From the NCBI GenBank assembly GCA_963530615.1, contig CAUSDX010000003.1, positions 22,181 through 86,180 of the forward strand: a DNA stretch of 64,000 nucleotides, in the 5' to 3' direction. Below the pieces are notes generated by a model. That model was given only the letters and a program-made list of their open reading frames with translations. It searched no databases and was not told where the DNA came from. Shown piece after piece: positions 57,590 through 64,000 of this stretch; the first letter of the stretch is position 1; each line of letters starts with the position of its first letter. The position numbers and the translations under genes are program-made. The DNA comes from an uncultured Flavobacteriaceae bacterium (lineage in GTDB: Bacteria; Bacteroidota; Bacteroidia; Flavobacteriales; Weeksellaceae).

Positions 57590-57596
57590 TTTATTT

Positions 57597-60500
57597 TCAA
57601 TTTGTATTTCCTCCAAAGGTAAAATTAGCTGTAATCCCTGCCCTTATCGTGGATAGCGGATATGCCGTAGAAACTTTATATTTGGTTACTAACTGATTAT
57701 AAAACAATCTCATTTGGAAATTTTGAGAAAAATTATAATCTGCAGAGAAATTTACCCCCAATATTTTTTGTCCACCCGTTACCTGTATATCTTCCTTTAA
57801 TATATTGGTAACTCTGGTTCTATTATCTCTCAAAGAAATATCCATCTTCAAGTTCAAATCACTTTTAATCGTTCTACTCTTACCTCTAATGGTCATTCTC
57901 ATCTTCAAATCTTTAATAATATACCCCAATCCAAAAATATACTCTGAACCTGAATCTTCCGTCAAGGTATAATTCTGAACTCCCAAAACATAGGCTCTAT
58001 TCTTGTTATACATCGCACGGATTTGCATGTTATTTCTCATCGTAACATCTGCCCCTAATAATGGAGCGAACTCCTCCACATAGCCCACTTGAGAAAAAGT
58101 ATAAGGATTAATATAATTATTATTCGTGTCTCTATCCGTAACTCCATTGGTTTGATAATTATAATAATCTGAGCTTGATTGAATCCCCGAAGTGGTATAA
58201 GTGGCCTTATAACCATGTAGTAAATCAAATTTTGCAAAATGTTTATTAATTATCGGCAAATTCTTTAAACCAGAATAAATTACCTGCCAATTGGGAAGTG
58301 GAAATTTAGATTTCGTAGGGTTTTCTTTACCCACTTTTTTCCCTCCTATTGCTGACTTAAATGCAGGAATCAAAACATAAGAATTTGCTAATCCATAACC
58401 ATCTACAAAGCCATCAGTGTTCAATGCACCTCCAAAACTTTGAGAAATCTCTCTTGCATTCTGCACCAGATTCATATATAAATCCCTACCATCTTTGAAG
58501 GAAGTCCCTAAAATCATATCAGAATAAGAAAAACTCATCATCTCCTTAGCATAGGATAGTTGGTCATTCACCAAAATATTATAATTCGTATGTGATAAAG
58601 AACGCGACTGATTTTTCAAAAAATTCAAGTCTATTCTTAAATCATTCATCGGTTGAATTTGAATATTCCCTGTCAAAGCTTTGGTATTCATCTGGGTGTA
58701 GGCATCTGTCATTAAATCCGATGCAGAAACCAAATTACGCTCTATCATGAGCCTACGAATATCAGATTGAGAACCTAATAAAAACCCATAAGTAGGCCCT
58801 CCGCCATTACTTCCATATCCAAAGAAATTCGGAGAAGAAAGAATCCCTGGCAATGATGTTCCACTTGTTTCATTATAAGAAATATTCGCTTGTTTAAAAG
58901 AAGTCAAAGCATACAAAATAGACTGTATTGGTGTCAACTTATTTTTGAATTGATAATTCTTCGTATTCTCTACTTTCTTTCCTTTGCTTCTCTTTTCAGC
59001 AATATCCACATTGTATTTTTCCATCACTGCAATCTCTGCTCTCCTTGCAGATATAGTTTTCTCTAAATTTTGGAAATATTTGAATTTACCTAATAAAGAA
59101 GGAATATTCACAGAAGCCGTAGCCACTGTATTTACACTATTTTGAGCTAAATTTCCTAAATCTGCCGAAGAAAGCACCGTAGAACGAGCCGACCAATTAT
59201 ACTGAATGCCTCTTCCTACTTCGGCATTGATGAAATCCAAATATGGGAAATACTCAAAAGGCAATCTATAATTCATCTGAATTCTATGATTATACAATAC
59301 TGGTCTTCCTACCTTAAACGGATCCTTAAAGATAGAACGAGTATTCAAATCTACTACCGACAAATGGTCATTGAGTGTTCTGGTATATGAATTTACATCT
59401 AATTTTAAGGATTTTGTCAAATTAAACCCTAAATTATACTGCCACCCGAAATAAAAAGTTCTCGTTCGGGTCGTTTGAAAATCTGTTCCAGCACCAGAAG
59501 TTCCCAACAATATCGCATCTATATTTCTATATTGCAATTCGTTATAATTTCTATCTATTTCCGTTCGGAAAGAAAATCTTGTAGGAATAGGATTGAGATT
59601 AAACTCTTTCACCCAATTAAGATATTTTGCAGATTTTGCGGTATCGCTTATCAGTTTATTGAATGGCCTGATATTCACTGGCTTAAAATTATAGGAATAA
59701 TCTATATATCCACGAAGATACTGACGATAATTTTTAGTGGTGTGAATATCACGATAAAAATCATCATTATATACCGCTGTAACGGATAAATTTTCTACAT
59801 CATAAAACCGCTGTTTCTTTTGTGGATTGGTTCTTTCCTTTCTCATATTAACCACTCCTATGCTTCTCTGCTGAGAGTAAGTTCTTACTACTTTTTTCAG
59901 TTCATTTTTTATAGGACTTTTACTCAGCTCTACATCATTATCAAGAGGGTTATATTTGGGGTCTTCTATACTTTGGGTATAAGAATAATTCACAGGAATT
60001 TTCATTCCAAATTTTTCTGGTAAAAATTTATCTAAATTTACCGTAGTATCAATATGAAATTGAGAAACTTCCGTTTGAGACCTCTCTGATGGCTTCTGTG
60101 TAATCGTTCCAAAACCTACCGAAGACATTGCCCCTGTGGCATTTACCAACGCAAAATCTCCTAAATTAAAATTAAGACTTGCATTTGCTGCATAACCACT
60201 TTTATTCTCTGTCCCAGAAACTCTAACCTCATTCATCCACAATACAATATCTTTAGAAATACTGCTCGCATCTTGATTTCTTACCCCCATTACAATACTG
60301 GTGATATTCCCTAAACTTGGGCGACCTTTCACATAAATTTTCTTATTCTCATTCCCATAAGAAGTATCAGTATATCTGCTATCTATTACTGCTGAAGCCC
60401 TATCTCTTCTACCTTTAATATCCGTAAATTCTTGCAAATCAAGAGCAATAGTATTTTCTGTAGGCCAAATTTCATAAGGTGTTCTTGCATTCGCTGAAGT

Positions 60501-63500
60501 ATATTTTAATGATGCTTCATATTCATAATAATTATCCGTAGCATCACTTCCTAAACGAATAAAAAATTTGGTCTTGTCATCTAATTGAGTAGAAGTTACA
60601 TTTTTCAAATCCTGAGCATGAACAAACATTTCTAACTTTTCATATCTCCTTAAATCCAAAGACACATTTTTATACAAAGCTCGAGCATCATTACTTAATC
60701 CTGTAACTTTCATATACAAAGAGCTTTCATTCGCTCTCTGTGAACCTGCATTCCCACTAAATACCTCCCTATCTATCCCTGGTGGCAACATATATGGCGG
60801 TGTCCCCATAGAGTTTTCTTCCAAATTCACACTACCTACATCTACATTAGAAGCATCTATCATTCCAAAGCCTTCATTTGTGGTATTATCTACCGCGACA
60901 GGCTTAGTGTATTTTCTCCAATCAGAACGCACCAAATCAAATGTCCCAAATCTCAAAGTAGAAGTCTCATCAAATCCTGTCAAAAGCAGTCTCGCAAAAC
61001 GAACATTATTCAAAACATCTCTGCTATGCTCCCCTGCTGTGGTATCAAACTGCCCCACAGGAATGCGGAATAGATACCATTTATTCCTTCCAGAACGCCC
61101 ATCTTCAAAGGTAGTTTGCACTTCTTTAACATCTACAATATTATTTTGACCTAAAACTAAATTATTTCTATTTAAATCAATAGTATATTGATTATAATTT
61201 TCATATTGGTCAAGGTTATAATCCCCATTAATATCTTCTACATCAGGCGTTTGCGATGACACCTCCAAAGGCCCAGAAGCGGAATTCCCATCTGGATTCC
61301 TAAAATAACGATAACGCTCCACCACAGAACTTGCCATGCTTCCTTGAAATCTATCAGACAGAAAATACACAAAATCATCAGATGCTGGGTCTAACTCATT
61401 GGTAACTGGATTCACAAACGATGTTCCAAATTTCTCATGCTCACCTGCATTATTTAATCCATCATACCCCACATCTTGAGCCTTTCTGTCAGCCCCTTCC
61501 GAAGAAAAAGTATAAAGTATAGGTGATACACTTGGTTGGGTTCCCCAGTTGGTCGTTGTCGTTACCGAAGGAGATGAATCCGTAGGTAATCCATTTTCAT
61601 ATTGTAAATGACCATCTTTCAAAACATCTTCAGAAATATTCCCTAAATGAAGCAATAATTTAGGATTTGCTCCCAAATTTCCTCCATCAGCATAAGGGTC
61701 CATCATCCAAAATTCTACATATTCTATATTAGAAGTTGTAAAATTAGACACCGATATTGGTCTCATCAGCCCTGCCCATCTATCTTGAGTAGCTTCATGA
61801 TTAGGATTAAAATTATAAGGACCTCTTTCCTTTGGATAATAAGAAATATCAAAAGTATTGGTAAAAGTTTCTTCTCCCGCTACATAATCTCTAGTATTAT
61901 ACAACTCACTGAGTCTCACTCTACGAGACATGTGATTAGACACGCTTTGCGTAGAAATACCATTAGGTGCAGTGCCACCAATGCCATAAAATCTCGGGTC
62001 AATATTATACCACGAAATAAGCCCTCTTCCATAGCCATTTACAATACTATTATTTACTCCTGCATTCCTAAATAATGCATCTCTTGTATTTTGTTCAGGT
62101 TTGGAAGCTAACCCCCACATTGCAGGGTCTTTGAGGGATATTTTAGAAGAACTTTGCTCAAAATCATCTATATAAGACTGGTTCTGAGCATTTTTACTCT
62201 GCCCTGGTATCAAATATGCAGCTTCCACTCTGAAATTTATATTTGATGGAGCACTAGTCTTAATCCAAGGAATTTTATTGGTAAATCTTGTCAAGAATGG
62301 AGCTTCATTACTATACAAAACATTAACTCCCAACATGGTGTTATTCACAGCCTCTTGTCCATACTGCACTTTTTGAGTTAATGGCGTCTCTCTATAATTA
62401 ACTGCTGTGGCACCTATTAACAAATTTTCATTGATTTTCCTTTCTAAATTTAATCCCAAAAATCTCTTTCTTTGAGTATTAAAATTTAATTGATTTTCAA
62501 GACTAATGTTTATTGCCTGACCAGATTGTTTTATCGTTTCATTAATAATTGTAACACTCCCTAACAAATAATCTACCGTATAATCTACCCCCTCTATCAA
62601 GGTTACTCCATTAGAGGTTACTTTTACAGAGCCTTGCGGAATATTGATTGCTCCCAAAGAAATTCCAGAAGATGATGTGCCTTTATACCTTCCTTCTAAA
62701 GTATATCTTTGAGCCAAATTATTCTGTGCTGCTACGGATTTTAATTGACGATAAAGATCAGTAAAAACATACCGAGGATTATTAGCCCCCAATACATTTT
62801 CTAAATGCCTACCGAAAGGTTGAGTTTTCGTAAAAATCAATTTTCCGTTTTCTCTGTCAATGGTCAAACCTTCCACCATATCAAATAATCCATCTCCATA
62901 AGTCCCATTAGAATTTTGCTGAAAATCCCCATTAAGATTCAATCTATCCCAATTGAATAAACTCAACAAATTAGTATCCTGCACATTCGTATTTGGTAAA
63001 TAATTAACCTTACCATTATTGGGGTCTCTATAGTACACTCCCATCAAGAAATCGCTGGTGTCTATATTCGCCGTATTAAGAGAATAAATATTCTTCATCA
63101 TCAAGTCCCACATCGGAGAACTTGTTTTCATGGAAGTATTTGGCTTTAATAATTTGGTAATCAACACAGAAGAATTATCCTCTGAAAATTCACCGACTTT
63201 ATATACATTAGAATCTCCACTAACAGTATATGAAAATGACACAGCCAAAAGCTGATTATCATTTAGCCTTTGGTTCAATGAAATATACCCTAATTTCGGA
63301 TGGAATTTATACTCGTTTTCATTTAATTTTCTTGCTCTTCTCGTGAAAACAAAATTCTCTCCTTCTTGGTAAGGCTGATTTCCTCCCGCAGTGATGTCAT
63401 ACAAAGACTGCCCTTTTATGCTATTATAAGCAGAAGTTACATCTCTAATTCCTGCTAAATTTGTAATATCTTGATAAAGATTGTTCTGTGAATTACTTGG

Positions 63501-64000
63501 GTAGGTAGTTGTTGCCATTCCTTCTCCAAGGTCTCTTACCGCCACAATACCTTTTTGACTTTCCACATTGATAGTACCTTGATTAAGCACCCAAACTTCC
63601 ATTCTAGTAATGCTAATTTTAGAATTTACCAATGGATATTGGCTTAATGCACCATCATAAGCATTATTAAAATAATGCCCTATAAAGAAATGCTGATTGT
63701 CTTCATAATCTACTGCATTCAGCTTAAAAGTTTGTGAAACACCACCATTCTGAGCAACTACCGTTCTTGACTCTCCCTGCTGTTGAGAAAGCACCAATGT
63801 TCCCTTAGTTTTCCCTAATTGAAACTCTGTTTTTACTCCAAAAAGAGATTCAGAACCGCGAATTAAACTTGTAGAAAGAGGCATATTGATATTCCCAAAT
63901 TCTACTTTTTTGATAATTCTATCCTCTGGATCTTTACTTTCTTTATTATTTGATGAATTGTTTTGAGCATTTCTCGAAGAACTTCCCCTTGGTTGCCACA
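57597..64000 (-). CDS. sprA: T9SS translocon / gliding-motility cell-surface protein SprA (partial, N-terminus outside window)
   Basis: The giant ORF is longer than 2130 aa within the window. The frame stays open upstream of the track's ATG (63884) to position 64000 (hand-translated ...KKVEFGNINMPLSTSLIRGSESLFG). Size and composition fit the flavobacterial SprA beta-barrel. Confidence 0.8.
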   Translation of the reverse strand, partial: WQPRGSSSRNAQNNSSNNKESKDPEDRIIKKVEFGNINMPLSTSLIRGSESLFGVKTEFQLGKTKGTLVLSQQQGESRTVVAQNGGVSQTFKLNAVDYEDNQHFFIGHYFNNAYDGALSQYPLVNSKISITRMEVWVLNQGTINVESQKGIVAVRDLGEGMATTTYPSNSQNNLYQDITNLAGIRDVTSAYNSIKGQSLYDITAGGNQPYQEGENFVFTRRARKLNENEYKFHPKLGYISLNQRLNDNQLLAVSFSYTVSGDSNVYKVGEFSEDNSSVLITKLLKPNTSMKTSSPMWDLMMKNIYSLNTANIDTSDFLMGVYYRDPNNGKVNYLPNTNVQDTNLLSLFNWDRLNLNGDFQQNSNGTYGDGLFDMVEGLTIDRENGKLIFTKTQPFGRHLENVLGANNPRYVFTDLYRQLKSVAAQNNLAQRYTLEGRYKGTSSSGISLGAINIPQGSVKVTSNGVTLIEGVDYTVDYLLGSVTIINETIKQSGQAINISLENQLNFNTQRKRFLGLNLERKINENLLIGATAVNYRETPLTQKVQYGQEAVNNTMLGVNVLYSNEAPFLTRFTNKIPWIKTSAPSNINFRVEAAYLIPGQSKNAQNQSYIDDFEQSSSKISLKDPAMWGLASKPEQNTRDALFRNAGVNNSIVNGYGRGLISWYNIDPRFYGIGGTAPNGISTQSVSNHMSRRVRLSELYNTRDYVAGEETFTNTFDISYYPKERGPYNFNPNHEATQDRWAGLMRPISVSNFTTSNIEYVEFWMMDPYADGGNLGANPKLLLHLGNISEDVLKDGHLQYENGLPTDSSPSVTTTTNWGTQPSVSPILYTFSSEGADRKAQDVGYDGLNNAGEHEKFGTSFVNPVTNELDPASDDFVYFLSDRFQGSMASSVVERYRYFRNPDGNSASGPLEVSSQTPDVEDINGDYNLDQYENYNQYTIDLNRNNLVLGQNNIVDVKEVQTTFEDGRSGRNKWYLFRIPVGQFDTTAGEHSRDVLNNVRFARLLLTGFDETSTLRFGTFDLVRSDWRKYTKPVAVDNTTNEGFGMIDASNVDVGSVNLEENSMGTPPYMLPPGIDREVFSGNAGSQRANESSLYMKVTGLSNDARALYKNVSLDLRRYEKLEMFVHAQDLKNVTSTQLDDKTKFFIRLGSDATDNYYEYEASLKYTSANARTPYEIWPTENTIALDLQEFTDIKGRRDRASAVIDSRYTDTSYGNENKKIYVKGRPSLGNITSIVMGVRNQDASSISKDIVLWMNEVRVSGTENKSGYAANASLNFNLGDFALVNATGAMSSVGFGTITQKPSERSQTEVSQFHIDTTVNLDKFLPEKFGMKIPVNYSYTQSIEDPKYNPLDNDVELSKSPIKNELKKVVRTYSQQRSIGVVNMRKERTNPQKKQRFYDVENLSVTAVYNDDFYRDIHTTKNYRQYLRGYIDYSYNFKPVNIRPFNKLISDTAKSAKYLNWVKEFNLNPIPTRFSFRTEIDRNYNELQYRNIDAILLGTSGAGTDFQTTRTRTFYFGWQYNLGFNLTKSLKLDVNSYTRTLNDHLSVVDLNTRSIFKDPFKVGRPVLYNHRIQMNYRLPFEYFPYLDFINAEVGRGIQYNWSARSTVLSSADLGNLAQNSVNTVATASVNIPSLLGKFKYFQNLEKTISARRAEIAVMEKYNVDIAEKRSKGKKVENTKNYQFKNKLTPIQSILYALTSFKQANISYNETSGTSLPGILSSPNFFGYGSNGGGPTYGFLLGSQSDIRRLMIERNLVSASDLMTDAYTQMNTKALTGNIQIQPMNDLRIDLNFLKNQSRSLSHTNYNILVNDQLSYAKEMMSFSYSDMILGTSFKDGRDLYMNLVQNAREISQSFGGALNTDGFVDGYGLANSYVLIPAFKSAIGGKKVGKENPTKSKFPLPNWQVIYSGLKNLPIINKHFAKFDLLHGYKATYTTSGIQSSSDYYNYQTNGVTDRDTNNNYINPYTFSQVGYVEEFAPLLGADVTMRNNMQIRAMYNKNRAYVLGVQNYTLTEDSGSEYIFGLGYIIKDLKMRMTIRGKSRTIKSDLNLKMDISLRDNRTRVTNILKEDIQVTGGQKILGVNFSADYNFSQNFQMRLFYNQLVTKYKVSTAYPLSTIRAGITANFTFGGNTN

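Noticed and set aside
50467-57596. Reading the island as a prophage, ICE or transposon.
   Set aside because: I could find no integrase, transposase, relaxase or phage structural gene, no flanking tRNA and no terminal direct repeat. The A1/A2 repeats are both at the left end. It is only horizontally acquired-looking DNA.

Overview
This is an AT-rich Bacteroidota (Flavobacteriia-type) chromosomal segment. The assignment rests on gene content (bamD-rpoZ-coaBC, gcvH-vanZ, truB-uppP-DUF3098-ftsX, a TonB-dependent receptor, the T9SS/gliding gene sprA running off the right edge) and on TAnnTTTG -7 promoter boxes 20-30 nt upstream of many start codons. About 50 kb is ordinary housekeeping: folK, sppA, pyrG, yidC, miaA, gyrB, udk, xth, rsmA, pdxJ, trxA, mtgA, and two identical tandem tRNA-Asp(GTC) genes. 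Two metabolic gene sets deserve attention. One is an adjacent CBS-like / alpha-oxoamine-synthase pair resembling the capnine (sulfonolipid) capA/capB genes. The other is a tightly packed four-gene set resembling the mycobacterial decaprenyl-phospho-arabinose pathway (UbiA-type transferase, DprE1-like, DprE2-like, phosphatase). The main candidate for a new system is a ~7 kb island (about 50.5-57.5 kb) between mtgA and sprA, with mosaic base composition and no mobility gene. It contains a ~130-nt rod-like hairpin with a competing third repeat arm, a SAM-binding methyltransferase-like protein lacking the catalytic motif, a complete NPPY adenine methyltransferase whose composition changes at the NPPY motif, an extremely AT-rich orphan ORF, a 21-bp phased repeat array of about 10 units, a second orphan helical ORF, and an 865-aa T5orf172/GIY-YIG-like plus SF2-helicase fusion. 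I read it as a non-canonical restriction-like or phage-defence module. No searches were possible: all family assignments come from motifs recognised by eye, and coordinates of small elements were hand-indexed.
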